DNA of 64,000 nucleotides. It comes from a virus (lineage: Duplodnaviria > Caudoviricetes). The position numbers were made by a program, and so were the translations under genes. The notes under the pieces are model-generated. The model had not been told where the DNA came from and ran no database searches. It saw nothing but the letters and a program-made list of their open reading frames with translations. Every line of letters starts with the position of its first letter. Position 1 is the first letter of the stretch. Positions 39,780-49,351 of this stretch are shown piece by piece. The stretch is taken from positions 1 to 64,000 of IMG/VR virus record IMGVR_UViG_2615840613_000003; one strand, written 5' to 3'.

Positions 39780-40051
39780 TCAAGCACGCTCTTCTCGGCG
39801 AGCAGTCTGGCGAGGCGTGGCTTGCTCTGGACGGGGCGGTCGAGAGCATCCTGGAAGGCTTGCCACTGGGCGTCATCCAGCCGGAACATGCGCCGATCGA
39901 CGAGCGCTTCCTCGGCGGCATGAATGCCCGCCTCGAGCAGGAACTCCGTCACGTTCTTGTGCGAAAACGTGGCTGCACGTTGCAGCAGCGCCTTCATGGT
40001 CGGCGTGGTGCGCACCTCGATACGTTCGGACTTGGCTTCGGCTACGGGCAT
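39776..40051 (-). CDS. DUF1778 RHH antitoxin (TacA family)
   Basis: KSERIEVR...LLQRAA...VTEFLL...FQDALDRP; overlaps the GNAT start. Confidence 0.9.
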   Translation of the reverse strand: MPVAEAKSERIEVRTTPTMKALLQRAATFSHKNVTEFLLEAGIHAAEEALVDRRMFRLDDAQWQAFQDALDRPVQSKPRLARLLAEKSVLE

Positions 40052-40081
40052 GGCTGATCTCCTGTCCCAATTTCTGTATCA

Positions 40082-40101
40082 TACGGACAACGTACGGACA
40101 A
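40082..40101. promoter_or_regulatory. Direct repeat, candidate TA operator
   Basis: TACGGACAA at 40082-40090 and 40093-40101, upstream of the DUF1778 gene. Confidence 0.45.
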
Positions 40102-40105
40102 GAAG

Positions 40106-40558
40106 TTAATTGGGGTGACTGGTCGGGTCCTCGCAAGCCCCTTTGACCATTTCAATCACGTAGCGGCGCGACCGGAGACGGGGGACTTTGCGCTGGTTAA
40201 GCCGCCATGCGATCACGCAGAGCGCATAGAGCCAGTGCTCGTGCGCCGCCGAGCGCTGCAATCCGACGGTCCAGCAGATGGTTTTCCAGCGCTCGCCGTA
40301 GGCGCGCAGCCAGACGATCTTGCCGTCGATCGGATCGAGCCCCACCGTCCAGCTGAGCGTCTCCTCCATCCGGCTGATCGCGGCGGGTGACGGGATGACG
40401 CGCATCGGCTTTGGCTCCTGTCCGACCTTGTCGGCGAAGCTATGGATGACCTCCGGCCAGACGCTGAAATATCCCTGCCGCCGGGGTTCGGGCAGGCGCT
40501 TGAGCACGAAGGCCGCTTCCGCGAGACGTTCCTCGACGAGGCTCGGCGTCCACCTCAC
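40106..40558 (-). CDS. DUF6362-like protein (putative late transcription regulator)
   Basis: WTPSLVEERLAEAAFVLKRLP...ISRMEETLSW...WKTICW; end of the replication module. Confidence 0.65.
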   Translation of the reverse strand: MRWTPSLVEERLAEAAFVLKRLPEPRRQGYFSVWPEVIHSFADKVGQEPKPMRVIPSPAAISRMEETLSWTVGLDPIDGKIVWLRAYGERWKTICWTVGLQRSAAHEHWLYALCVIAWRLNQRKVPRLRSRRYVIEMVKGACEDPTSHPN

Positions 40559-41088
40559 AGCACACCTCCCCGGGTCTCCATCGCCCAAAGCAGGATCGCG
40601 ATCGCGTCGGCCTCGTTGTCGTCGGCGGGTTGGAACCCGCGCTGGCGCATCGCGGCGAGCACGGCATCCTTGCCAGCGTTGCCCTTGCCCGTGGCGAAGC
40701 GTTTGATGGTGCCGACAGGAACGCCCTGATAGGCGACGCCCTCACGCTCGCACCAGGCGGTCAACGTCGCCAGGAAACCGCCGTAGAGGTGGGCGGCGTC
40801 AGTGCCGATATGGCGCCGGACCTCCTCGAAATAGATCGCGGCCAACCCACCGCTGTCGTCGGCCAGTTGTTCGAGCCAGTGCTGGAAGCGCAGGTAGCGC
40901 ATGCCGCCGCCGTCGTAGCGGCATGAGCGGAAGCTGGCGGTTCCGCTGTGCACGATCCCGCCCGCCAGGCTCGCCCAGCCCGTGGTGGTGCCGAGATCCA
41001 GGGCGAGAATGGCGCTGCCCGCGGATGTCGAGATGACCGGGGCCGGATGGGGCGCGCTCTTGGGGAGGGGTGACGGGCACTGGCTCAT
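40555..41088 (-). CDS. RuvC-like Holliday junction resolvase
   Basis: ILALDLGTTTGW, FEEVRRH, VGTIKRFATGKGNA and DDNEADA. Confidence 0.82.
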   Translation of the reverse strand: MSQCPSPLPKSAPHPAPVISTSAGSAILALDLGTTTGWASLAGGIVHSGTASFRSCRYDGGGMRYLRFQHWLEQLADDSGGLAAIYFEEVRRHIGTDAAHLYGGFLATLTAWCEREGVAYQGVPVGTIKRFATGKGNAGKDAVLAAMRQRGFQPADDNEADAIAILLWAMETRGGVL

Positions 41089-41155
41089 GGTGGTGGGTCC
41101 TTCTCGTCTGATGTCGGTGAGGGGATGGACGACACGGCGACCGCGCGCGCGAAGC

Positions 41156-41482
41156 CCCTGGGGGTGGGAGTGGGAGAACCCGCTCGGCGCGGTTCTCCCC
41201 CACCCCCGAAGGGGGTGGCTTTCACCCCCACAACTTCGAGAGCGCATCAACACCTTGAATCGTTTGGAGAAATCGAAGTTGGGACAGCCCATGGCGCGGG
41301 TCGCGTTCCCAACTTGAATCTGCGAAAGGCCGCGCAACGGAGCGCGCGGGAGCCAAGGTAGTTGGGACGAGCTTTCCCAACTTGAATGTGCGCGGGACGG
41401 CTGGGCGAAGCGCGGCGGCGCGAAAAGCAACGAAAGTAGTTGGGAAGCTGGCCGCCCAGCTCGCCGCAACTTGCCACAACTT
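41156..41482. other. Candidate replication origin (iteron-like repeats plus hairpin)
   Basis: AGTTGGGA/TCCCAACT at 41277, 41307, 41360, 41375 and 41438, extra CAACTT copies, and a GC hairpin at ~41160-41207. Directly downstream of the primase-helicase gene. Confidence 0.55.
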
Positions 41483-41522
41483 GATCCTGCGTAAGCCCGC
41501 GTAATCGGGATGAGCTGGCGCA

Positions 41523-43811
41523 TCACGAGGTCTCCTCCGTCTGATAGACCCAGACCAGAGGGTTCTCGACCGGCAGCGCCGCGCCGCTCTGCGGGCACTT
41601 GTAGGTGCTGGGAAGGACCGGGATCCGGACGGGCACGACCTCGCCGGTGTCGGGGTCTGCCGTCTCTTCTCCGGTCGGGAACGTCATGCCCTCGACGCAG
41701 AGATAGCCGAACTTCGAGCGCGAGGTTGGCAGACCGAACGGCGCGCCATCGCGAACGAACTTGATGAAACCCTTCGTGGCCAGCACGCTGATCCGTTCGC
41801 GGATCGTGTCCTTGCCGCCGAGCCCGGCCTGGTTCTCGAAGCTCTCGGCGAATTGCAGCGCGGTATAGAGCCGGCCGGCCTTGGCCTGATCGAACAGAAG
41901 CTGCAGGATGACGTCGTGCTTGCGGATGCGCTCGGCGTCGAGCTTCTCGCCGAACTCGCGACGCACGATCCGCTGGCCGGAACGATCGATTTCGACCCAA
42001 CGCCCATCGGCCTTGTCGATGACCATCGGCTCGATGCCCGGGCCGTTGCGCAGCTCGAAATGCAGCATCCGCTCGGGCCGGTCTTCATCGGGCCGGTGCA
42101 TGATGATGCCGGAGGTGTAGAAGCTGCGGAGCGATCCCGCGCCCGAGAGCGCCATGAACGGATCCTCGACCAACTGCTTCTTGGGTGTCTTGCGGGTGTG
42201 ATGGCAGAGGATCAGGCCGGCATCCGGGGCTACGGCGTCCCGTAGGGCCTCGACCCGCTCCTGCAGGAAGAAGAGCATCGCGGTGTTGTCGTTCTCCCCG
42301 CCGCCGTCCGGACCCCCATCGAAGAGATTGCGGATCGGGTCGATGCAGAGGATATCGGGCGCGCCATGGCCGTAGTGGGCGCGAACCGCGGCGATGGTCA
42401 GGCCCACGCCGCCGGCGTCGAGCAGCATGCGGACCTTCGGCGTAGCGACGAGATTATCGCGCGCCGCAGCCAGGAGCGCCGGCTCGATCCGGATGGCCTG
42501 GAGGCGCTCCCGGAGGTAATGGTACTGGATCTCCGCCTGCAGATAGAAGATCCGCAAGGGCCGGCTCGGCGCAAAGCCGAGGAAGGGCACGCCCGCCGCC
42601 ATGTGGACAAGCAGACTGATCAGGAAGTCGCTCTTGCCGACCTTGGGCGCGCCGCCGAGCACCAGCATCCCGCCGGGCGTCAGCAATCGCGGCGCGATGA
42701 TGTCGTCGGGCATCGGGCTCACGTCGTCGAGCAGCGCGCCGAGCGTGAATACCGGCAGCGCGGACATCGGCGGCACGGCGATCCGTTCGAGAGCCGGTCC
42801 GTGGCGCTCTTCATGCAGCCGCCAGAGGCGCTGTGCTTCCGAGGCGAGACGTTCGAGCGGCCAGCTGGGACGGAGCTGGGCGGCGTTGTACTGGCAGATC
42901 GCCTCCCAAGCGTCGTCGCGGCTCATGCGGCCCTCATGCGCCATGCGGACGTAGTGGCCGATGGCGGCGCTCGCCCCCTGGAAGCGGGTCCAATCGTCTG
43001 ATCCGCCTTCGCGGACGGGCGTCGTCAGGACATCGGTGATCGACGGCTTGTCCGTAGAGGGGCCTGGCTCGGATCCGACCCCGGCAAGCGGCGGCATGTC
43101 GGCGACGACATCCGCGAAGTCGCGCAGATGGACCTCGACCCGCGGGCTATGGCGGCGGATGTTGACCAGCCGCTTGAACCCACCCTTGTGATAGACCGAA
43201 CCAGCCAGGCGGATCGGCTGGTGAGCCGATCGGAAATGCGTGTCGCCGCCCACCTTGACCGCGATGTCGCCGCGCAGCCGACAGAGAAGCGCGATATCCT
43301 CGCCCTCGGCCGGTTCGCTCAAGCGCCACCAGACATGCAGCTTGTCGAGACCGTCCGGCGTCCGGCCGCCGCTTTCGACGAGCAGTGTCGGCTCGCCGAG
43401 ATGCCGGAGGAGGTGGTCGAGCTTGGCCACAATATCGCCGGCGTCGAGGTCGACCAGAACCGTCTGCATCTGCTGGACATCGGCGGCCTTGGCCTTGCCG
43501 GTCTCGGCGACCGTTCCCGGCACCACATAGAAGGCCGCGCCCTCGCGCGCTGCCCAACCGGCGAAGGAAACCGCCTTCTCCAGCAAACTGTCGTCGATCT
43601 CGATCCAGGCGTTGTGGGGTCGGCCGTCTATGCCCTGGCCCTTGTCCACGAACCCGCGCAGGGGCACCCAGCCCTCGCAGTAACCGAAGACGACGTCGAG
43701 AAAGATGGCGATCTGCTCGGGATCCGGCTCGATGTCGAACGGATCGGCCTGCGGCGTAGCGTCGTTGAAGTCGCGCCAGGGGTTGAAGTGGACGATGTTG
43801 TCGTCGCTCAT
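41523..43811 (-). CDS. Primase (RepB-like) + AAA_25/RepA helicase fusion
   Basis: LVDLD...ESGG...KLHVWW...IRLAGS in the primase part; GGAPKVGKS, CIDPIRN and LCHHTRK in the helicase part. Confidence 0.82.
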   Translation of the reverse strand: MSDDNIVHFNPWRDFNDATPQADPFDIEPDPEQIAIFLDVVFGYCEGWVPLRGFVDKGQGIDGRPHNAWIEIDDSLLEKAVSFAGWAAREGAAFYVVPGTVAETGKAKAADVQQMQTVLVDLDAGDIVAKLDHLLRHLGEPTLLVESGGRTPDGLDKLHVWWRLSEPAEGEDIALLCRLRGDIAVKVGGDTHFRSAHQPIRLAGSVYHKGGFKRLVNIRRHSPRVEVHLRDFADVVADMPPLAGVGSEPGPSTDKPSITDVLTTPVREGGSDDWTRFQGASAAIGHYVRMAHEGRMSRDDAWEAICQYNAAQLRPSWPLERLASEAQRLWRLHEERHGPALERIAVPPMSALPVFTLGALLDDVSPMPDDIIAPRLLTPGGMLVLGGAPKVGKSDFLISLLVHMAAGVPFLGFAPSRPLRIFYLQAEIQYHYLRERLQAIRIEPALLAAARDNLVATPKVRMLLDAGGVGLTIAAVRAHYGHGAPDILCIDPIRNLFDGGPDGGGENDNTAMLFFLQERVEALRDAVAPDAGLILCHHTRKTPKKQLVEDPFMALSGAGSLRSFYTSGIIMHRPDEDRPERMLHFELRNGPGIEPMVIDKADGRWVEIDRSGQRIVRREFGEKLDAERIRKHDVILQLLFDQAKAGRLYTALQFAESFENQAGLGGKDTIRERISVLATKGFIKFVRDGAPFGLPTSRSKFGYLCVEGMTFPTGEETADPDTGEVVPVRIPVLPSTYKCPQSGAALPVENPLVWVYQTEETS

Positions 43812-44575
43812 GCTGGCAGGCTCCAGCAGCGTTCCGCCCACGGGCACATCCGGCACGCGTGGAAGTCACGGGTCGTGGCGATGCGCGGCAGCAGATCCCC
43901 TGCATCCGTCGCCTGAAGGATCCGCACGGCGCGGTCGCTCATACGCTGTGCGAGCCCTGCGTCGAACGGCACGAGTTCGTGGTGCAGTTCGGCGGTGTCC
44001 TTGTTGATGGCGGTGAAGAGCGCGGGATTGTCGGAGATGCCGGGGACCTGCGCCTCCATGTAGGCCTGGTAGAGGGCGATCTGGGACGCGTAGACAGGCT
44101 TCGCGACAACCACGCCCTTGGCCACGGTCTCGCGCCAGTTCCTGGCGTTCATCGTCTTGCATTCCCAGAGCGCGGGAACGCCGATGCCCAGCAGCTGGGG
44201 TGCAGCGGCGATGATCCCATCGACATGACCGCGGATGCGGCCACCAGCGACCGAGAAACCGAATTGCTCGCCGTCCGGACGGTTGCCCTTGCGGGTATAG
44301 AGATCGAACCCGGCACCGCGCAGCCAGCGGATGGCAAGATCTTCGAGCGCGTGTCCGATCTCGAAGATCCGCAGAGTCTGCCCAGAGAACTCCAGGCCCT
44401 CATCCTTCGGCGCACCCGCGAACTCGAATTGCAGAGCGCGCTCACAGCCGTGTCCAAGGCGGGAGCCGCCGAGATAGGCCCTCGGCGCAACCGCCGCGCG
44501 TTCAGCAGCGATCGCCTCGTCGATCACCGCATTGATGCGTTCGGCGCAGGTGGGGCGGTGGTTATAGTCGAGCAT
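43808..44575 (-). CDS. PD-(D/E)XK exonuclease (Cas4/RecB-like)
   Basis: YLGGS...C, GHVDGII, WECKT, QIALYQ and CRMCPWAERC. Confidence 0.82.
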   Translation of the reverse strand: MLDYNHRPTCAERINAVIDEAIAAERAAVAPRAYLGGSRLGHGCERALQFEFAGAPKDEGLEFSGQTLRIFEIGHALEDLAIRWLRGAGFDLYTRKGNRPDGEQFGFSVAGGRIRGHVDGIIAAAPQLLGIGVPALWECKTMNARNWRETVAKGVVVAKPVYASQIALYQAYMEAQVPGISDNPALFTAINKDTAELHHELVPFDAGLAQRMSDRAVRILQATDAGDLLPRIATTRDFHACRMCPWAERCWSLPA

Positions 44576-45030
44576 CAGAACGGCACCTCCGCGTCGGCGT
44601 CGGCTGCCATGGCGTGCATGGCGTCCTGGAAGCCGCCGACGGCGACCTCGATGAGCGTGAGCACCTGCGCCTCCGTGAGGTCGGAGAAGCGCGCCTGCCA
44701 GCCGATTTCCTCCATGATCTCGGCGACCGGCTTCATGGCGGCGCGGATCGCCGCCTTCTCCTGTTCGGTGAGATCAACCATGGCCCAGCGCTCCCGCGCC
44801 AAGCGCGTCCAGAAGCCGTGGCAGGCCATCGAGCAGAACCAGACCGAGGGGCGCGGTTGCCCCGGGCGCGTACGCGCCCAGTTCGATGATTTTGGCGGCG
44901 AAGCCGCCGGGCGCACCGGGTCGAACCAGCCAAAGCCACGGGTGGGTCGCCGGCAGACAGCACAGAGCGTTCCACGCGGATGCCAGAGCCGCCGCCGGTC
45001 CTCGGCCGTGGTGGGGGAAACAGATGCCAT
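44575..45030 (-). CDS. DUF6511-like protein (Zn-finger N-terminus)
   Basis: CAVC...FCSMAC, then MVDLTEQEKAAI...EVPF. Confidence 0.65.
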   Translation of the reverse strand: MASVSPTTAEDRRRLWHPRGTLCAVCRRPTRGFGWFDPVRPAASPPKSSNWARTRPGQPRPSVWFCSMACHGFWTRLARERWAMVDLTEQEKAAIRAAMKPVAEIMEEIGWQARFSDLTEAQVLTLIEVAVGGFQDAMHAMAADADAEVPF

Positions 45031-45033
45031 GGC

Positions 45034-46737
45034 TCATGCCGCCCTCCCTATGGCTGCTTCGGGCGCGGCATCGGCCGCGCCGAAGACGAGGGAGCGGATA
45101 GCGTCGCGGTTGAAGCGAAAGGCCAGCAGCGCCGATGCCTGATAGCGGGTGAGCCCGAAATCCTGCCGGTACTCCGGCGGCAGGAAGGCAAGCTGCCGGT
45201 CGGTGGGCGGCTGGTTCAACCAGCTGCGCGTCTTGTGGGCGCTCTCGTCGCTCTCATGCTCGTTGAGCCAATCGTCGGCCGCCGCGAGGCAAACGGTGCG
45301 TTCGCCCACGGCCAACAGATGAGGCCGCTGCTTCTGCAGACCGCCGATGCCGTACCACCGGCCGTTCAGGAAGAAGACACCGCCCCAGGCATTGAAGCCG
45401 TTGGCGATGAGCGCGGCATCGTCGCCGAAGAGATCGCACCAACGGAAACTCGACCGCTTCAGGAGGTCGATCTCGGACATCACGAAGTCGCCGAGCGGCG
45501 CTGCTTCGCCGCCTTCGGGACGCTCCCAGACATGACCGCACAGCGGGCATTCGATGGTGGCGAGCGGCACGATGGCGCCGCAGTCCGGGCAATCCTTAGT
45601 GGGCGCTTCGCCGGAGGGCTCGCGACCGTTTAGGTCGACGTCCTGCTCCAGCGAACCGTGCAGCAGGGTCGAGGTGCCGAAATCCAGCACGATGCAGTCG
45701 GTCTTGATGACGCCGGGATGCTCCTCGGGCGAGACCGTGCGCAGGCCCCGGCCGACCATCTGAATCATGGTCGACTTGTAGGAGCTCGGCCGCAGCAGCA
45801 CGACGCAGCCCGTCGGCGGATGATCCCAGCCCTCGGTCAGTACCGCGACATTGACGACGACCCGCAGCTCTCCGGCGGCGTAGGCGTCGAGGGTCGTCTT
45901 GCGGTCGGTATCGGCCATGTCGCCGTGGATCAGCCCAGCGGCGACACCGGCCGCGTTGAAAGCGGCGGTCACGTTGCGCGCGTGGTCCACGGTCGAGCAG
46001 AACACCACCGTCTGGCGCTCGCCCGCCTTTTCCCGCCAGTGGCGGATGACGGAGTGCGTGACCGGCGAACGGTTCATGATCGCGTCGACCTCGGCCATGT
46101 CGAAATCGTCTGCCGTGCGGCGCACCTTGGTGAGCTGGTCCTGGACGCCGACATCGATCACGAAGGTTCGCGGCGGCACGAGATGGCCGGACGCGATCAG
46201 CTCCCCGATCCGGATCTGATCGGCGACGTTGGAGAACACCGGGCGCAGACCGCGCTTGTCGCCCCGATTGGGCGTCGCCGTGACGCCGTAGACCCGGCAC
46301 TCGGGATTGCGCTGCAGCGCGGCGTCGATGATGCGGCGATAGCTGTCGGCGGCCGCGTGGTGCGCCTCGTCGATGACCAGGAGGTCGAGCGCGGGCAGCT
46401 GGTCGAGATTGCCCGTACGCGCCAGCGTCGGCACCATCGCGAAGGTGACCTGTCCAGCCCACGACTTCTCCTTCGCATCGACGACCGAGGTCGTGATCTT
46501 CGGGTTCACCCGCCCGAACTTGCTGCGGTTCTGAGCGGTCAGCTCGTCGCGGTGGGCGAGCACGCAGGCCTTGGCGCCCGTGCTCTTCGGGGTTTCGCCG
46601 ACCATGCGACCGACGACGCCTGAGAGCATGATCGTCTTGCCGGCTCCGGTCGGGGCGACGCCGAGGGTGTTTCCGTGTTCGTGGAGCGCGCGGACGCTGC
46701 GCTCGACGAACTGCTTCTGGCGGGGACGCAGCAGCAT
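45034..46737 (-). CDS. SF2 DEAD/DEAH helicase with Zn ribbon
   Basis: PTGAGKT, IDEAHH, TATP, QMVGRGLR and CPDC...CPLC. Confidence 0.92.
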   Translation of the reverse strand: MLLRPRQKQFVERSVRALHEHGNTLGVAPTGAGKTIMLSGVVGRMVGETPKSTGAKACVLAHRDELTAQNRSKFGRVNPKITTSVVDAKEKSWAGQVTFAMVPTLARTGNLDQLPALDLLVIDEAHHAAADSYRRIIDAALQRNPECRVYGVTATPNRGDKRGLRPVFSNVADQIRIGELIASGHLVPPRTFVIDVGVQDQLTKVRRTADDFDMAEVDAIMNRSPVTHSVIRHWREKAGERQTVVFCSTVDHARNVTAAFNAAGVAAGLIHGDMADTDRKTTLDAYAAGELRVVVNVAVLTEGWDHPPTGCVVLLRPSSYKSTMIQMVGRGLRTVSPEEHPGVIKTDCIVLDFGTSTLLHGSLEQDVDLNGREPSGEAPTKDCPDCGAIVPLATIECPLCGHVWERPEGGEAAPLGDFVMSEIDLLKRSSFRWCDLFGDDAALIANGFNAWGGVFFLNGRWYGIGGLQKQRPHLLAVGERTVCLAAADDWLNEHESDESAHKTRSWLNQPPTDRQLAFLPPEYRQDFGLTRYQASALLAFRFNRDAIRSLVFGAADAAPEAAIGRAA

Positions 46738-46744
46738 GGCCGCC

Positions 46745-47344
46745 TCACTGCGCCCAGGACGGGCGCGTGCCCGCCGCCGGTGCTGAAGATTGGGACATGG
46801 AGGGCTGGGAAGGCTGAGCCTGCGGCTGCGCTGCCACACCGGGCACGCCACCCATGAGAGCGGCATACTCCTTGTGATCCGGCGTCACGGCCGCGCGGAT
46901 CTCGTTTTTCTCCTCGCCGTTGGTGTCGGTGCCAATGTCGATCCGCGCCACGAACTCGAGCCCGTCGAGATCGGCAAAGCCGCTGATGCGACGGGCGGCC
47001 TGGGCCTGAGCGGACGTGTCCTTGTCCGAAATGCCGCGCGCAGAGTTGAGCATGCCGCGGATCAGGCTGCGGCCCATGTTCGCCCAGTCCGGCCCCTTGG
47101 GGCTGTAGAGCCCGATCAGGGTGAAGATCTTGCGCCGGGCGTAGGGCCCTTCGAGAACCGTGAACTCGCCCGAGAGATAGACCGAGCCGGTGGTTCCCCG
47201 CGTGGCGTATCCGCCGGTCCAGCCCTGCGCCGGATCGTCGAATCCGCCCGGGCGGATCGTCAGGCGCACCTTGGCCAGCGTGCCCTTGGGGATGATGCTG
47301 CTGTTCTGCTTGGCGTCGTTGAAGTCGTTCCAGGATCCAGACAT
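46745..47344 (-). CDS. Putative phage ssDNA-binding protein (DUF669-like)
   Basis: DFNDAK...IPKGT...EFTVLEGPYARRKIF; Pro/Gln tail ending PSWAQ; next to the AAA recombinase. Confidence 0.6.
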   Translation of the reverse strand: MSGSWNDFNDAKQNSSIIPKGTLAKVRLTIRPGGFDDPAQGWTGGYATRGTTGSVYLSGEFTVLEGPYARRKIFTLIGLYSPKGPDWANMGRSLIRGMLNSARGISDKDTSAQAQAARRISGFADLDGLEFVARIDIGTDTNGEEKNEIRAAVTPDHKEYAALMGGVPGVAAQPQAQPSQPSMSQSSAPAAGTRPSWAQ

Positions 47345-47361
47345 GACTGGGGTCTCCTCGT

Positions 47362-48249
47362 TCAGGCGTCTTCGGAATGGGTGGGGGCGTCGGAGGTCGG
47401 CGCCGTCGCGGCCGGGGGCGGGCTGCGATAGGCCAGCCGCTCGAAGGCGGGCTTCACGGGCCCGCGGATCTTGGCCATCAGGCGGCCGAGATGAGGCTCC
47501 TCGATCAGGTCGAGACGGCCGGATCGATCCTTCGCCGGGAAGTTCCAGGGGTTGATCGTCTGGCAGACGAAGGCACGGTACGGCGCGCCGGACTCGTCCT
47601 TGATCTCCGCCATCGTCAGGACTTCATCGACGATGCCCGGCAGCTCGAGGCCGGTCTTCGAGCCGTCGATCTGCGGCTGGAAGATGCGCCGATTGAAGTC
47701 GTCGAGCTTCTCGTCGAGGATCCCGACGAACCAGACGTTCTTCGCCCGCGTGTGCTGGAGATGCGTGAGCCACGCGATCATCTCGCGGCCGTGCAGACCG
47801 TAGGCGCCGCGGACATCGGGCCTGCCGGTCTTCTCCGAGAATGCCTCGGGCTGCCCCTTGCACCATTGGAAGCAGAGCCGCCCGGCGACGGTGATCGAGT
47901 CGATGAAGACCGTGTGGTAGCAGTCGAGCGAAGCCGGATCGCCGAAGCGCTCGCACACCGCCGCGAAGTGGGCCTCGCTGTAGACCTGGTCGTCCCGCAG
48001 CGCCGGATTGGGGCCGCCGATGAAGACCGCGAAATCACGGCACTCGGTCCATGTGCGCGGCCGGACGCTGTCGCCGGACCATCCCTCGATGGCGAGGTCG
48101 CCCGCCTCCAGGTCGATGAACAATGTAGTGGCGGGGTCGAGCGTCCAGAGAAGGCTGGTCTTGCCGATCCCGGACTTGCCGAAGATCGTGCCCTTGACGC
48201 CGCGCGGCTCGGCGAGACGCTGGTCGGCGGAAATGATCGGGAGGGCCAT
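47362..48249 (-). CDS. AAA_24 / Sak4-like ATPase
   Basis: GKSGIGKT, DLEAG, FIDSIT and AKDRSGRL. Confidence 0.82.
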   Translation of the reverse strand: MALPIISADQRLAEPRGVKGTIFGKSGIGKTSLLWTLDPATTLFIDLEAGDLAIEGWSGDSVRPRTWTECRDFAVFIGGPNPALRDDQVYSEAHFAAVCERFGDPASLDCYHTVFIDSITVAGRLCFQWCKGQPEAFSEKTGRPDVRGAYGLHGREMIAWLTHLQHTRAKNVWFVGILDEKLDDFNRRIFQPQIDGSKTGLELPGIVDEVLTMAEIKDESGAPYRAFVCQTINPWNFPAKDRSGRLDLIEEPHLGRLMAKIRGPVKPAFERLAYRSPPPAATAPTSDAPTHSEDA

Positions 48250-48545
48250 CACTTGCCTCCCTTCGCCGCGATCAGGGCGTCGATCGCGACGTCCGCTCCC
48301 AGCGCGCCGGCCTTGCGGGCCTCGTCGTGGAGGGTGCGCACCGCGTCGATCTCGCGGTAGAGCGCCGATGCCCGCTCGTTCAGCCCGATGAGGGCGAAGG
48401 CCAGGTCGTCGATCGAGGCCGCCCCGACCGGCTTGACGGTCTCGTCGCGACGCTCGCCAAGGGCCGGCACCCGGATGGTCTCGGGCAGCTTGTCCAGCCC
48501 GTAATGGTGCTCGCGGAGCACCGCGAGCTTCTTCGTGATGCTCAT
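48249..48545 (-). CDS. Hypothetical protein
   Basis: Coupled to both neighbours. Confidence 0.55.
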   Translation of the reverse strand: MSITKKLAVLREHHYGLDKLPETIRVPALGERRDETVKPVGAASIDDLAFALIGLNERASALYREIDAVRTLHDEARKAGALGADVAIDALIAAKGGK

Positions 48546-49030
48546 GACGTCACCTCGGTGTTCAGGGAAAGACGGAAGCTGGGCTTGCCGGTGCGGACGG
48601 TGCGCGCGTCCTCGAAGGCGGAGCGGATGTGGCTCGGCCAGGCCGCGAACTTGCGCTCGGGCACCTTGATCGCGACATCGACGTATTCGGTAGGGTCGTC
48701 GCCCTCGGCCCGGATGCGTTCGACGAGGGCGGCGAGCTTGTCCTGGTCCCAGTCGACGCGCTTCGGCAGATCGGCGATAACGGTGACCGCGCCGTCATCG
48801 AAGCGGACCGTGCCGGTGTCCTTGCCGGCAGCCTGGCGCGCTGCGTGGGCACGATCGCCGTACTTGAGCGCGACGGCCCCATCGAGCCAGTCGCAGACGG
48901 TCTTGGCGCGACGCAGAGCATCCGCGGCCTCGTCCTGCAAGAGGACGAGCTGCTCGGCGGGCAGAGCGGCGATGTCGCCGACGGCCATGCGCCGGAGCTC
49001 ATCAAGGGAGATGCGGTTGGAGATCATCAT
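48542..49030 (-). CDS. Hypothetical phage protein
   Basis: KDTGTVRFDDG...PKRVDWDQ...ERKFAAWP; conserved-looking early gene. Confidence 0.65.
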   Translation of the reverse strand: MMISNRISLDELRRMAVGDIAALPAEQLVLLQDEAADALRRAKTVCDWLDGAVALKYGDRAHAARQAAGKDTGTVRFDDGAVTVIADLPKRVDWDQDKLAALVERIRAEGDDPTEYVDVAIKVPERKFAAWPSHIRSAFEDARTVRTGKPSFRLSLNTEVTS

Positions 49031-49040
49031 CACCACCCCC

Positions 49041-49250
49041 TCACGCCGCAGGCTTGCTGGGGTGGTCGGCAGTGCTCGCCCGGATCTGCTCGCGCTCGTA
49101 CTCCTCGACGTCTTCGAGGCGGTACACGACGCGACCGCCGAGCTTGACGAAGCGCGGGCCTTCGCCCGTCCAGCGCCAGCGCTCAAGCGTGCGGTGGCTG
49201 ATGTTCCAGCGCGCAGCCAGGTCGATCTGGTTGAGGTGTTTCGTAGCCAT
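49041..49250 (-). CDS. AlpA/excisionase-like HTH protein
   Basis: LNQIDLAARWNISHRTLERWRWTGEGPRFVKLGGRVVYRLEDVE. Confidence 0.88.
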   Translation of the reverse strand: MATKHLNQIDLAARWNISHRTLERWRWTGEGPRFVKLGGRVVYRLEDVEEYEREQIRASTADHPSKPAA

Positions 49251-49351
49251 TTGTGTCTCCTTCGGTTTTGGTCGAAAACCTGCGGAGACGATGGCTGGCC
49301 GGGAGGGAGAAAACCGACCCGGTCAGAGAGAGAAGAACAGAGAGAATTTCG

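Noticed and set aside
41270-41482. CRISPR array
   Set aside because: Repeats are only 8-14 bp, alternate in orientation and are irregularly spaced. The Cas4-like gene belongs to the phage recombination module.
41089-42000. Long N-terminal extension of the RuvC-like ORF (40555-42000)
   Set aside because: It overlaps the helicase gene and the repeat region; an SD-preceded ATG at 41088 is the more plausible start.
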